Assembly: GCA_040751795.1 (NCBI GenBank)
Contig: JBFMHR010000005.1
Span: forward strand, 74,282 to 138,281
From: Thermoplasmatota archaeon
GTDB taxonomy: Archaea > Thermoplasmatota > Thermoplasmata > UBA10834
DNA length: 64,000 nucleotides
Direction: 5' to 3'
This document shows positions 36,949-47,553 of this stretch, piece by piece. Under the pieces are notes generated by a model. That model worked only from the letters and a program-made list of their open reading frames with translations. It did not search any database and was not told the DNA's origin. The first letter of the stretch is position 1, and the number at the start of each line of letters is the position of its first letter. The translations under genes were made by a program, and so were the position numbers.

Positions 36949-38073
36949 TCAGCCTCCGCTCGCACCTGTCAAAGGTGGACTGAGAGCATCGAGCAATGCC
37001 TCTACCACTGTCGACACCTCATCACGGGTCATTTGAGGAAACATTGGCAGAGATAGCACAGACTCAGATACAGCCTCCGTTATTGGCAGTTTGAAATCAT
37101 GGCTACTTTTCTTGTACGACTCCTGCAGATGGACGGGTACGGGATAATGTATGCTTGTCCCTATTCCTCTCGAATTCAGTTCCTTCTGAAGGCGCTGTCT
37201 GTTCTCCGTTCTGATGACGAATTGATGATAGACATGTGTGGCATGTGGTGCTTCGATGGGCAGGACTATGCTCGCATTCCCTAATCCGTTCCGGTACATT
37301 CGGGCTATGTCTCTGCGTTTCGCATTCCAGTCATCAAGATGTCCCAACTTCACTCTCAACACTGCCGCTTGAATCTCGTCGAGTCTGCTATTAATGCCTA
37401 CTGTTTCGTAGTAATATTTCTGGGATTGTCCATAGTTGCTCATCTTGCTCACTTTCTCTGCAATTTCCTCGTTGCTTGTCACCACGATTCCTGCATCTCC
37501 GTAAGCGCCCATGTTTTTCGTCGGGTAAAAGCTGAAACATGCAGCGTCTGCTAGTGACCCGACCCTCCTGCCTTGGTACGTGGCGCCATGTGCCTGGCAC
37601 GCGTCTTCGATGACAAAGATGTCCTTGTCTTCAGCAATCTCCATGATTTCATCCATTCTTGATGGATGTCCGTAGATGTGGACCGGGAGAATCGCCTTCG
37701 TCCTGTCCCCGATTTTTTCTCGTATTTTTGAGGCATCGATGCAGTATGTATGGGGGTCAATATCAACTAGAATTGGTCTTGCTCCATTCCTCGTTATGGC
37801 ATCGACAGTTGAAATGAACGTGTGAGCAGTTGTGATCACTTCATCACCCGGGCCAATTCCAAGCGCCCTAATTGTCGTCAGAAGGGCATCTGAGCCTGAA
37901 TTGACTCCAATGCCAAACCTCGTTCCCACATATGCGGAAAACTCCGATTCAAAGGCTCTACATTCCGCGCCATTGACAAACTGGCCAACGGTGAGCACCC
38001 TCTCAATTGAGTCGAGAACAGCCTCTCCAATCTCTTCAAGTTCTCTCGAAAGGTCGATCGATTTCACAGACAT
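36949..38073 (-). CDS. DegT/DnrJ/EryC1/StrS-family PLP-dependent sugar aminotransferase (FdtB/QdtB/WbpE-like)
   Basis: 374 aa with the characteristic family layout. Candidate PLP-Lys at SFYPTKNMGAYGDAG. Confidence 0.85.
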   Translation of the reverse strand: MSVKSIDLSRELEEIGEAVLDSIERVLTVGQFVNGAECRAFESEFSAYVGTRFGIGVNSGSDALLTTIRALGIGPGDEVITTAHTFISTVDAITRNGARPILVDIDPHTYCIDASKIREKIGDRTKAILPVHIYGHPSRMDEIMEIAEDKDIFVIEDACQAHGATYQGRRVGSLADAACFSFYPTKNMGAYGDAGIVVTSNEEIAEKVSKMSNYGQSQKYYYETVGINSRLDEIQAAVLRVKLGHLDDWNAKRRDIARMYRNGLGNASIVLPIEAPHATHVYHQFVIRTENRQRLQKELNSRGIGTSIHYPVPVHLQESYKKSSHDFKLPITEAVSESVLSLPMFPQMTRDEVSTVVEALLDALSPPLTGASGG

Positions 38074-38147
38074 GGTGGTTTCGCCGCATCATTCAAGTAG
38101 TCATATTCATGAAGAAAGGACATGCATGGGTCTGCAAACACACACGT

Positions 38148-39095
38148 TTACTCCCAATTGACCTCATAAGTATCATACACCGTCGCTCTCGCGCCAAAGG
38201 TGCTCTTGTAGTCTGATAGACTGGAATTTAGATATTGGCCTGCATTTTCTGTAGAAATCCCGAAATCAAAGTACCTCTTGTCGATATAGTATTCGTTTAT
38301 CAAATAGTCTAGCACGCAGTCCACAACGTGCGATTTCCTTCCCGCTTCGGTTGAGGCGATGTACTGAGTGTGCGCGACGTTCCTGCTTTCATACATGATC
38401 ACACCTCCTTCCATGCGCCCGTCAATCACACCGGCGAACAGTCTTATGTTCTCCGGGAATCTCTGAGCTAGAAGAATCATCTCTTCCTTTGTGTGCGTAG
38501 GTCTGACGCCGTGTCTAGATTCCAAACACTTCTTCTCGATTTCCATATAGTTTCCGAAATCGGAGCTTTCCTCGACCTCTGTGCCACGAGACTGAGCCTT
38601 CCTAACACACCACCGACGTTCCTTGGCGAAAGGTGTCCTTTCTGGCATGAAAATAGTGGAGGAGACATCTCGCCTAACTAGCTTCGCATCCGTGAGAAAG
38701 AGGGCGTACAAATCCTCTTCTGCTGGAATGGAATGATAGATGTGTGGTATAGCTTTGTACACGAGCTTCTTGATGCCCATCTCCTTCAGGTGTTTCCCTA
38801 AATCATGAAAGAGATCTACCATGTCCGTGGCCCTCAGTCTGCTATCCGTTATAATTCCCCCGAACGTTAATCCTGCATGACTTGTCATCACGTCTCCTTC
38901 AATAGTGGCTGGCATGACTGCCGTTAAGTCCATGACATCGAAGAAGAATAGCAGAGAACTGTCCCTGAATCTATCCGAATGGTAGTCCATGTACTTCCTA
39001 TCGAAGAGGAATAGTCCATTTCTCGAAGCCTTAACGAATTGATTCCAGCTATCTTCAAGTTCGGGACTATATGCGGTGATTCTGAACATATCCAA
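38148..39095 (-). CDS. FemAB/BioF2-like GNAT-fold acyl(aminoacyl)transferase candidate
   Basis: 315 aa. Two-lobed layout and local similarity pattern recall the Acetyltransf_6/FemAB clan. Weak call from sequence alone. Confidence 0.35.
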   Translation of the reverse strand: MDMFRITAYSPELEDSWNQFVKASRNGLFLFDRKYMDYHSDRFRDSSLLFFFDVMDLTAVMPATIEGDVMTSHAGLTFGGIITDSRLRATDMVDLFHDLGKHLKEMGIKKLVYKAIPHIYHSIPAEEDLYALFLTDAKLVRRDVSSTIFMPERTPFAKERRWCVRKAQSRGTEVEESSDFGNYMEIEKKCLESRHGVRPTHTKEEMILLAQRFPENIRLFAGVIDGRMEGGVIMYESRNVAHTQYIASTEAGRKSHVVDCVLDYLINEYYIDKRYFDFGISTENAGQYLNSSLSDYKSTFGARATVYDTYEVNWE

Positions 39096-39106
39096 CCCTT
39101 AGTGCC

Positions 39107-40018
39107 TCAGATTTCCAACTCTGCGTAACCGAATCCGGTTCTGCCCATATCGTTCCCGTTGTAGAACATAATCGTCCTTTCCCGGACTCGTATTGTGGCA
39201 GGGTAGCACAAATGTTTCGAATCCCACCCCTCCTTTGACAGTGAGATTCCTGCTTCAGAATCCTTCCTTATCCATGAGATTCCATCTTTGGATTCAGCAT
39301 ATCCTGGGATGTAGTCCCCGGTGAGAGTCCCCTTCGTATAGAACATGCAATAGGTATCTCCATCTTTGACTACTCTTGGTCTTCCGATTCGGTACTCGTT
39401 TTCAGTATTATCGATGCAAACCGTCCCTCGGTCTGGGAAATGGATTCCGTCCCTCGACTCGTAGAGCCTGATGTTGTACCTCGGATACGGTTTACCCCCG
39501 ATAGTCTCCCAGCCACTTCCGACGCCGCACCAGGCTCTCCAGATGCCGTTCTCTCTGAGAACGGAGTGTATCGCCCTTATGTACAATCCGTCGTCCGATC
39601 GGTCAAGGATGGGAGTGTTGCTGCATCGCTGGAATCTCTCCCCGCCATCCACACTGACTGCTAGGCCACTGAATGCCAAGAACTTCACTTTCTCCACCAA
39701 TTGGAAGCCAACATAATACATCAGCAACTTCCTGCCGAGTTGCGCAATATCGCCAAGAATCACTCCATTGTCATCGAAACAACCAGGCAGGCCGACGTCG
39801 AGGACTGGGCTATCTGACACCGCTACAATCCTTGATGGTTTGTCGGCGTCAACATCCACATAGCCGATTCTACTTGCTCCCGTATTGTCGCGCATTCCTG
39901 CATAGACGCGAATCTTGTCATCTTCCAGTTGAATCGGAGTCGGCGTTAAAGCGGAGTGTTGTGACCAGTTGGATCGCCCATTTGGGCAATAGACTAACCC
40001 CATCTTTTTCCACTTCAA
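39107..40018 (-). CDS. Five-bladed beta-propeller glycosidase/phosphorylase-like protein (GH43/GH130-superfamily-like)
   Basis: Repeated S/T-x-DG-x-x-(W/F) blade motifs (SVDGGERF, SRDGIHF, SKDGISW) and a C-terminal FYNGND. Family assignment tentative. Confidence 0.35.
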   Translation of the reverse strand: MKWKKMGLVYCPNGRSNWSQHSALTPTPIQLEDDKIRVYAGMRDNTGASRIGYVDVDADKPSRIVAVSDSPVLDVGLPGCFDDNGVILGDIAQLGRKLLMYYVGFQLVEKVKFLAFSGLAVSVDGGERFQRCSNTPILDRSDDGLYIRAIHSVLRENGIWRAWCGVGSGWETIGGKPYPRYNIRLYESRDGIHFPDRGTVCIDNTENEYRIGRPRVVKDGDTYCMFYTKGTLTGDYIPGYAESKDGISWIRKDSEAGISLSKEGWDSKHLCYPATIRVRERTIMFYNGNDMGRTGFGYAELEI

Positions 40019-40021
40019 GAG

Positions 40022-40705
40022 TTATTCCTCACTTACTCCAAAGCTCTCGTAACTGCTCTTGTCGAGAGGGCGCGCAGGATTTCCAACGCACACCTTTCCA
40101 GGCTCGGTATCTCTGATTACTACAGCACCCGAGCCAACAATACAGTCTTTCGCGATTTTGATGCGATCATTATACGTGCTATTCACACCGAGGAAGCAGT
40201 TTTCGCCGATGTCACAGTAACCTGATATGACGCAGTGTGAGGACACGTAACAGTTATCGCGGATGTAAGTTCGATGGCCCACGTGGTTGCCACTCCAGAG
40301 TACCACATTGTTGCCAATCTTGACCTTGTGTTGAAGGACGTTGTTTTCGAATATGAATGAATTCTCGCCAATCTCTACATTGTGCCAAACGAAAGCCTTT
40401 GAACTGACGTAGGATACGAGTCGAAACCCCTTTTTCTTCACTTCGTTATACAGCCTCGTCCTCACTCGGTTGAGCTGGGTATAGGTCACCGCGACATAGA
40501 CGCTGTATTTGGATGGGCTAAAGATCTTATCCAGTTCCTCGAATGGTACCACCGGCAGGCCGAGCAGATCCTTCTCTTTCAGGAAATCTCTCTCGACTGA
40601 GAACGCCACAACTTCGTATTGGGAGTCATGCGTGAAGTACTCGTATGCAATTTGAGCGAACTCACCCGCTCCGACGATGATGATCTGGCCTTTCTTGTCC
40701 CTCAT
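40022..40705 (-). CDS. NeuD/PglD/WbpD-like sugar N-acetyltransferase (hexapeptide LbH with N-terminal Rossmann-like domain)
   Basis: IIIVGAGEFAQ N-terminal motif followed by isoleucine-rich hexapeptide repeats (IGENSFI..., IGNNVVL..., IGENCFLG...). Confidence 0.7.
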   Translation of the reverse strand: MRDKKGQIIIVGAGEFAQIAYEYFTHDSQYEVVAFSVERDFLKEKDLLGLPVVPFEELDKIFSPSKYSVYVAVTYTQLNRVRTRLYNEVKKKGFRLVSYVSSKAFVWHNVEIGENSFIFENNVLQHKVKIGNNVVLWSGNHVGHRTYIRDNCYVSSHCVISGYCDIGENCFLGVNSTYNDRIKIAKDCIVGSGAVVIRDTEPGKVCVGNPARPLDKSSYESFGVSEE

Positions 40706-41160
40706 ATCCGCTTATCCTCCCTCGGGGTTCCGCTCTTGCCCCCGCTCGCTTTCCTTCGACCTACCATCTTGAGGAATACTTGTTTGTCCCTAATGTAGTC
40801 CTCGACCTTGTAGAAATCTGATGCAAGAACCAAGCAGACGGCTCCTGATGAGAAGTTGTCAAGTTTCCTCCATGTCATTGGTGGAATGTACAAACCGTAG
40901 TGAGCTCTGTTGAGGTGAAACCGCTTGCGGTTCTTCCCATCTTCAAGTACGACATCGAAGCTGCCACTCATGGCAATCATCAGCTGCTCGAGTCTCCTAT
41001 GCGCATGTTCTCCTCTTTCCTCTCCTCCTGGAACATCATAGAGATAGTATATTCGTTTGATGTCGAATGGGATATGACGCGTTGATTCTACAAATGTGAG
41101 ATTGCCCTTTTCGTTTGCGATTTTTGGGAGGCTCACAATCCTGCAATCGGCTAGCGACAT
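40702..41160 (-). CDS. WxcM/FdtA-like cupin sugar 3,4-ketoisomerase
   Basis: MSLADCRIVSLPKIANEKGNLTFVE...IPFDIKRIYYLYDVP matches the FdtA/QdtA N-terminal signature. 4-nt overlap with the downstream acetyltransferase. Confidence 0.65.
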   Translation of the reverse strand: MSLADCRIVSLPKIANEKGNLTFVESTRHIPFDIKRIYYLYDVPGGEERGEHAHRRLEQLMIAMSGSFDVVLEDGKNRKRFHLNRAHYGLYIPPMTWRKLDNFSSGAVCLVLASDFYKVEDYIRDKQVFLKMVGRRKASGGKSGTPREDKRI

Positions 41161-41238
41161 AATCTCACCTTCTGCGCGCCAAATGCGGCTCAAACGACAT
41201 TTGCATATCACCATACACTACGTTTGCTGTTCCGCTAA

Positions 41239-42723
41239 CTATTGTCGAGGTATTCTGGGCGATATGGATCGTATGAAGCACCACAGCCTTGCTCTTTCCG
41301 TCTCATCTAGAATGGCTATCACGAATATAAAGGATGCAGCGACCGATATCACACACTTCGGCCAGAATACAATCTCATCATTCCAGCAGAATACCGAGGC
41401 AATTGCGATGATACTCAGTCCTCCGAGCCAAGAACTCTTCAGGCGAGAATCAGAACGGAAGCCATGTCTTCTAATCAGATAAATGAATGCGAACGCGACG
41501 TACACGGAATTGACTACAACGTACGAAATGCCCACGCCCTCAAGGGAACTCAAGACGTCCATTGCTCCCAAGGAAATGGTCAAGAACCCCATCGACGAAC
41601 AGCACTCGAGGGCGAGGAAAGTTCGCACGTCTGCATACGCAAACATAGGCATTGCAAGAACCCATCCCGTCACCCTCATGTAGTCTCCCACGAGCATCCA
41701 CCTAGTCATGCTCGTCGCCTCCAGGAACTCCCCTGAAAACAGGAGTGAGATCACGAATTGCTTTGCGGTAACGATGAATACGGCGATGGGCACAATAATC
41801 ATGATAGAGATTCTGAGGTAATCTCTGATTAGCGAGAGTTTCTCGCCTTGAGCATTAGTCTTGCTGAGAGTCGGAAGGTAGTAAGTGCCGCACGATACAA
41901 GAATAGCACCAACATATGTCATACTTAGAGACCAAGCAGCATTGAAAACACCTGCCTTGTCCATCCCTCCATTTTGGATGATTGACAGCCGGACTATGAG
42001 CAGGACGAAGGATGAGAGGAGTGCCGTTGCCAGCGTTGTTCCAGCGAGCGAGACGAAGTGCCGGACCGACTCTTTGTCGAAAGACTCGCGGAGCCTGAGC
42101 ACTAGCGGCTTGATCCATCCATTTCGCAAGGCCACGTAAAGATTCAAGACCAGACTCATCGAGGAAGTGGCAGTCATCAGCCAGACAAGCGCAAGAAGGT
42201 AGCCACTATCTGCAGCTAAGCACACCGGGTAGGCAATCGCTGCGTTAGTGCCTGCGACTACAATTTGGATTACGGCCATACGACCTATAGCACGGTATCC
42301 ATTGAGGATACCTGCAAAGTACGTGGCAAATGCGTTCAGGGCCACCGGCAGTGAAAGGAAACGAACCAACCACACATTCACTGAATCGCCAGATCCCAGC
42401 ACTGCAGGTGCAATCACTGGCGCCGTAATGACAAGCGCGAGAGCAGTCACGAACCCGCCAATGAGGAATATCAGAAAGATGGCACGGACATATCTCTCTC
42501 TCGCTGCCTTTTCCCTGCGGGCGATTCCCTGCACTAGCGCTGGTCCGCCCGCCAGAGTTGCCAGCAGTCCTGATGTTTGGCTCATTTGAATTAGCATTGA
42601 GTATAGGCCCACGCCTGCTGGGCCAAGAATCACCGCCATGATCTTTGATGAGGCCACGCCAAGAAGCGAGGAGACTGCGAATCCCCCGCTCGTTTTGGAC
42701 ATTGCCTTGAGGATGTCACGCAT
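41239..42723 (-). CDS. Wzx-like polysaccharide/oligosaccharide flippase (MOP superfamily)
   Basis: About 495 aa with 12-14 TM helices. N-terminal MRDILKAMSKTSGGFAVSSLLGVASSKIMAVILGPAGVGLY is typical of polysaccharide biosynthesis export proteins. Confidence 0.75.
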   Translation of the reverse strand: MRDILKAMSKTSGGFAVSSLLGVASSKIMAVILGPAGVGLYSMLIQMSQTSGLLATLAGGPALVQGIARREKAARERYVRAIFLIFLIGGFVTALALVITAPVIAPAVLGSGDSVNVWLVRFLSLPVALNAFATYFAGILNGYRAIGRMAVIQIVVAGTNAAIAYPVCLAADSGYLLALVWLMTATSSMSLVLNLYVALRNGWIKPLVLRLRESFDKESVRHFVSLAGTTLATALLSSFVLLIVRLSIIQNGGMDKAGVFNAAWSLSMTYVGAILVSCGTYYLPTLSKTNAQGEKLSLIRDYLRISIMIIVPIAVFIVTAKQFVISLLFSGEFLEATSMTRWMLVGDYMRVTGWVLAMPMFAYADVRTFLALECCSSMGFLTISLGAMDVLSSLEGVGISYVVVNSVYVAFAFIYLIRRHGFRSDSRLKSSWLGGLSIIAIASVFCWNDEIVFWPKCVISVAASFIFVIAILDETERARLWCFIRSISPRIPRQ

Positions 42724-43091
42724 ATTCCAGGTCAGCTCCGAACGGACCTTCGAATGGCACTGGTCAGTCACGTCTCAGCGCTCATGCGCCACCTGGTAGA
42801 GAAAGCCCTCTAGGTTCATCTTGGTTTCGCACTCATTTGGCACATCAACCGCATTGAGGGGAATCGGTTTCATAGGATTCAATTGGCTATGCATCATCTC
42901 TCGTTCAGCGGTAGAGGGATGGCCACACCTTTCGAGTGGTCACATGGCATGCTTCGCGCGTTGAGCATGGGATTCCTCTTTTCAGTCAATTGCGAAGGTA
43001 TTTGCGTTTTCAAACGCAATTATGACGTCGGCCCTGGTACAGCACTCTATCCGACACTATGATGGGTAGCTGAACCATTTGCTATCAATTC

Positions 43092-44100
43092 TTGTGCAAG
43101 AATATTAATGTGCGGTCCAAGCCATTTGCCAATTGGCAGACAGGTCAGCAGGTCGGTTGCCACGGAAATCGTATTGCCTCGTGGGATAGTCAACTCTTCC
43201 GGATAGACGAGCACGGACACGTTTCCCTAGATTCCGACGAACTGTCCATCGACTTCGAACGCTATGACGATGTTGCGATCCAAGGTCTCCACCTGGCCAT
43301 GATCACCATCAGGAGGTATGCTGATGAGTTCCCATTCTGGCAGAGGCGGAAGAGGGTGGGCAGACCAGGGACGGACGAGCGCACTCTGCGGATAGTTCTC
43401 ATGCTCCAGCAGCTCATCGGCCTCTCCTTCCGGGAGGCTGATGGCACCCTGTCTTTGGCCTGAGAGTACTAATGGATCGGACACGTGCTCGTCCATTCGA
43501 CGATGTCCAGGACGCTCTCGCCCATGAGGTGGTCCACGATCCCGGACAGGTTCTTCGAGCATCTCATCACACCCCTGCCGGAACGCGATGCGGTCGTGGT
43601 CTCTGATGCTGCGGACTGCAGCGACAGGTGACGTGCCTGGCGCGTCATGGAGAGTTGGTGCAAAGCTGTGTGCTCATTGAAATGGACAGGTTCGCCATGC
43701 TGTCGTTCGGGTTCACCAACTCGAACATACACGAGAGCCAGGTGTTCGAGACAGTTTGGAGCGCTCTCCCAAGCAACGTCGTCCCGATGCAGAGCCTCGC
43801 CGACTCCAGCTACGTGGGGAATGACTGACTGGCTGTTGCCAGGCTGCGCGGGAAGACTTCGCTCCACAAAATCAAGAGGCACTCGAAGAGCTGCGAGGAT
43901 CCGGAGATGTCTTACGAGAAGCTGGTGAACTTCGCGCACCGCTAGCCGAACCGGAGCCATGTCGGAATCGTGTTTAGCATGGTCGACAGCCCGCTTGGTT
44001 ATCCATTGAGTTGTCGGACAAGGAGAGGGCGAAGAAACGACGTGAGGACGAAGTACTGCTTGCTAGACATGGTTCAGATGGCCATGATGCCTGGGTTCTG
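43092..44100 (+). mobile_element. Decayed IS4/IS5-superfamily transposase remnant (pseudogene, multiple frameshifts/stops)
   Basis: Frame 1 has an N-terminal-type motif (KRVGRPGTDERTLRIVLMLQQLIGLSFREADG). Downstream in other frames are DDE-region-like fragments (AVVVSDAADCS; LADSSYVGND). No intact ORF. Terminal inverted repeats not identified. Confidence 0.4.
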
Positions 44101-44101
44101 G

Positions 44102-45013
44102 TCAGCGTATTTTTCCAGCAAGACCCACAATGATCTTAGGGATGTGAATTGGCATTGCCATGGGGTCAAGCTTGAGCGCTTCGCATATTTCGTAGAATGC
44201 CTTCCTTCTGTTGCCAAGGCGTAGACACCCACCACCAATTTCAGCATGTATTCTCGCTATCTCTTCTCTGGATATCTCATTCTTGCACTCCTTCAACAGC
44301 CATTCTTTGAGCTTAACGCCGTCACTTAGCCAGCTGAGACCGTCTCGACTTACTGTATTTTGCCCATGCAGTCGATAGTATGCAAGTGGTTCCTCTAAGA
44401 AGTAGTACGAGTGCCTTCTTGCCAGACTAAGTTCGAACTTGTAGTCATTCAAGAACTTAAGTTCCTCATCATACATTACGCTCAATGCGCTTTCTCGCTT
44501 CAGTATTCGACTCGAGCCGAAGATGAAATTGCCTTTCAGAAGATCTTCGAAGATGCGCCCACTCTTCGGTTTGCCTTGCGAATTGTGAATGCGAGTGAAG
44601 GTTTGTCCAGTCAACTTGCCAGCTGCATCGATTATCTCGCCTTCTGACCACACAATCAACGTATCATCAGATTCGAGCACAGCGAGCTGCTTTTCGAGTT
44701 TGTCACTCTTCCAGACATCATCAGATGCAATGAACGCTAGAAATTCTCCGTCAGCGTTCTTCATGCCATCGTTGAGTGTTCTTGCTATGCCCAGGTTGTT
44801 GGTGTGAAACACAGCTCGAATCCTGTCGTCCCAGGCAACTGCCTGTTCAATCAACTCTCGGGATCCGTCCTGAGATCCATCGTCAACAATCAATAGCTCT
44901 AGACCACGAACACTTTGCGAGAGAACACTCTCTATTGCAGTTCGAATGTAGGGCAAGTGATTGTATGATGACATTATGACACTGACTCTAGGCAGGGTTC
45001 TCATCTCCATCAT
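44102..45013 (-). CDS. Glycosyltransferase family 2 (GT-A)
   Basis: VSVIMSSYNHLPYIRTAIESVLSQS and LLIVDDGSQDGS (DxD region). 303 aa. Confidence 0.8.
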   Translation of the reverse strand: MMEMRTLPRVSVIMSSYNHLPYIRTAIESVLSQSVRGLELLIVDDGSQDGSRELIEQAVAWDDRIRAVFHTNNLGIARTLNDGMKNADGEFLAFIASDDVWKSDKLEKQLAVLESDDTLIVWSEGEIIDAAGKLTGQTFTRIHNSQGKPKSGRIFEDLLKGNFIFGSSRILKRESALSVMYDEELKFLNDYKFELSLARRHSYYFLEEPLAYYRLHGQNTVSRDGLSWLSDGVKLKEWLLKECKNEISREEIARIHAEIGGGCLRLGNRRKAFYEICEALKLDPMAMPIHIPKIIVGLAGKIR

Positions 45014-45432
45014 GCATCATCTTTCGTGACCCGATCTTCTTTTAGTGAACGCTATTTGAGTATAGAAACCTCGCACAAGTGTCACAGACAACTGAGAATT
45101 GATATCTCTATTCAGGATTCAGTAGTTCGTGATCACCACCACTTTGAGCCAGCGGCACTTCTTTCAGAGGGACTTCGACATCCCTTATGAACTAGTACTC
45201 ACTCTCGAGGATGTACTGGCGCATGGCCAAGAACTTCGGGTGGGAGAGGAAATCATCGTGGGCCGTCCTCCCTCCTGGTCCCCTCCTCGCGGTGGGGAGG
45301 GTCGTCCACTTCCATTCCGCCCATGCATTCACGAGGGGTATCTTTCCTCTTCCCGTGCACTATCGCTAGCATTAAGAGCCGGATATCCTTCGCCTGGGGT
45401 ATCGGATGATGTCTGCTGTGAAGAACGCACGG

Positions 45433-45900
45433 TTAAGCTAGAGGCACTTGAACTCGATGCCCTAGCCGTCGACGAGACGGATGACATCCTTGATGACGGC
45501 CAGCTTCCCGTTCGAACTCTTGACGAACGCTAGCGCGGCCGTCCCCCCTCTTCCCCGAGAGGACCGTATAGGCGGTCGCATAGGCGTGGAACCAGGTGGT
45601 GCCCGGCTTCGGTCTACCTCTCACGACCTTGTCTTTCTTCCCCTTGGGTCTCCCGTGGTACGGGATGAGCATATTGTCGATGGCGATTTTTAGGAGGCGT
45701 TTCGGGAGGAAGCCGGCCGCCTGTTCCACCGAGAGACGGTTCGCGTGCTTGCGCAATAGTCTGAGCGTGGGGCTGCGAAGGCGGTATCGAATCACACCAT
45801 CGCGAGGAGAGGGTTCATGCTCCTGGCATTTCCTGCTCGTAGATATCTTACTGGACGCGGCGAGCGCGAGCTCGCTCGCCATGTCCATCGGGGAGTGCAT
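45433..45900 (-). pseudogene. GC-rich transposase-like fragment (GRPKG...GRPKPGTTW motif region), probably non-functional
   Basis: An isolated GC-rich patch inside low-GC DNA. The frame continues in another phase (…LAFVKSSNGKLAVIKDVIRLVDG). No intact domain. Identity uncertain. Confidence 0.25.
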
Positions 45901-46149
45901 TCATTGGAGCCGCCTGCCAAGAGACTCTGGGATTCAGAACACGGCTATCTTGATGATCTCCTCAGCGGAGACTCCCTGCCGGCGGTTCCGGAGGCAATAG
46001 TCATTTGCTACACAAGCTCATGCGCCTTCGGAGCCATCCAGGGGTCTGCCATCCCATCCTTGACTCTTGTTCACCAAACACTGGCACGGGAGAGATGGCT
46101 CCTCGTTGCTCCTGAGAGGACAATATTGTCAGCAGAAGCCATTTGCGTC

Positions 46150-46467
46150 CAGAACCGACTTTGCCAACTACTGAATCTAGGCAATGATATCTGGACGTTT
46201 CCACTGGCTCATCTCTATAATGATATGCACCCGCCATGCAATAGGTGTATGGAGGGATCCGTTGTTGAGGATGGGGCGGTGATCGGCTCAGGGGCAATCA
46301 TACTGCCGAAGGTTCACGCCGGTGAGGACGCCGTTGTGGCAGCGGATTCGATAGTGACCAAGGACGTCCATGGCAGCATGCTAGTAATGGGAGTTCCAGC
46401 AAGGGTTGTTGCGGAAGTGGGTGACGTCAGATGTGCTGTGGACAATGTTGCCAGACCGTACCCATAG
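46150..46467 (+). pseudogene. C-terminal fragment of a hexapeptide-repeat (LbH) O-acetyltransferase
   Basis: The C-terminal about 100 aa of track ORF 45817..46467 read GSVVEDGAVIGSGAIILPKVHAGEDAVVAADSIVTKDVHGSMLVMGVPARVV, typical of MAT/GAT-type acetyltransferase ends. The N-terminal part of the ORF has no LbH character. Confidence 0.4.
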
Positions 46468-46626
46468 AGGAATAGAGGAGTCTGGGTACGGTAGCTGCAG
46501 GATTCTTGCCTCTGGTTACAGGTAGCTAGCTATTGACATTGGAGAAACGCTGATGTAGCGGTGCTCATATACGCCGATTAGGTAACTGGTTTGCGAGAAG
46601 ATAGGAATCATTCGAGTTATGAAGAG

Positions 46627-47553
46627 ATGATTGAACAAGAAGCGGCGTTTTGGGCCGGCCAAGCCGAAGATGCTGCCATGAAAGGGTTCTCTCCTGATCT
46701 CGAGAAACCATTTGCGGCCACTACTGTCCAGGCTATTTGGGACGATTCTGAGCTCGATTTCATGATTAGGGGGAAATACATTGATAGGATTTTGGATTAT
46801 TGCTCAGGCAGACCACAACTTGATTGTCTGGAACTCTGTTGTGGGACAGGCATGCTTGCACTTGGCGTTTCAAGGCGAGGGGCAAGGGTAATCGGCATTG
46901 ACGTGTCACCACGAGTTATCGAAATCGCTGAGACGTATGCTCGAGACTCAGGCATCCCCCCTGAGAGATTGGAGTACCACGTCTGTGACCTTAACCGAGT
47001 GTCCTTGCCTGAAGAGAGGTTTGATGTCGTTTTCGCCTGGGATGGTCTTCATCATATAGCAGAGATCGAGCACCTCGTTAGTGAGGTCAGGAAGACTCTC
47101 AGAGATGGAGGGGTATTCGTCGTCCACGACCATGCGAAGGGTGATTCTAGGATAGGAGACATTGTGCTGCAGGGACTGGCGGCAATATTGGGTCTGATTG
47201 TTCCTACGGATTCTAGCTTCCTAGCTAAGCTAAAGATGGTCTTCAAACGCGCCTCTCCAATGACAGCCCCCACCTCTGTTGACAATCATAGGCTTCTTGA
47301 TTCCCCATTTGAGGATGTCTCAGGGGAGGGTATAGTAGAGAGTATTACCGAGAATTTCAGAATCCTGGAATTCGAGAGGTATCTCTCATTGCCCGGGACT
47401 CTATACGCTAGGGTCTGGCGGAACCCCAAGACCCGAACGCGGACTATCGGCGCACTTATGGCGTTTGATAGACTGCTATGTGGCTTACACATTCTTCATC
47501 CTGAGTACTTCTTCATCATGGCAAAGAAAGAGACTGTACATAGTGATGACTAG
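46627..47553 (+). CDS. Class I SAM-dependent methyltransferase
   Basis: Motif I LELCCGTGMLALG, then an acidic residue (IGIDVS) and motif-post-I/II patterns. ATG at 46627 (MIEQEAAFW). Confidence 0.75.
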   Translation: MIEQEAAFWAGQAEDAAMKGFSPDLEKPFAATTVQAIWDDSELDFMIRGKYIDRILDYCSGRPQLDCLELCCGTGMLALGVSRRGARVIGIDVSPRVIEIAETYARDSGIPPERLEYHVCDLNRVSLPEERFDVVFAWDGLHHIAEIEHLVSEVRKTLRDGGVFVVHDHAKGDSRIGDIVLQGLAAILGLIVPTDSSFLAKLKMVFKRASPMTAPTSVDNHRLLDSPFEDVSGEGIVESITENFRILEFERYLSLPGTLYARVWRNPKTRTRTIGALMAFDRLLCGLHILHPEYFFIMAKKETVHSDD

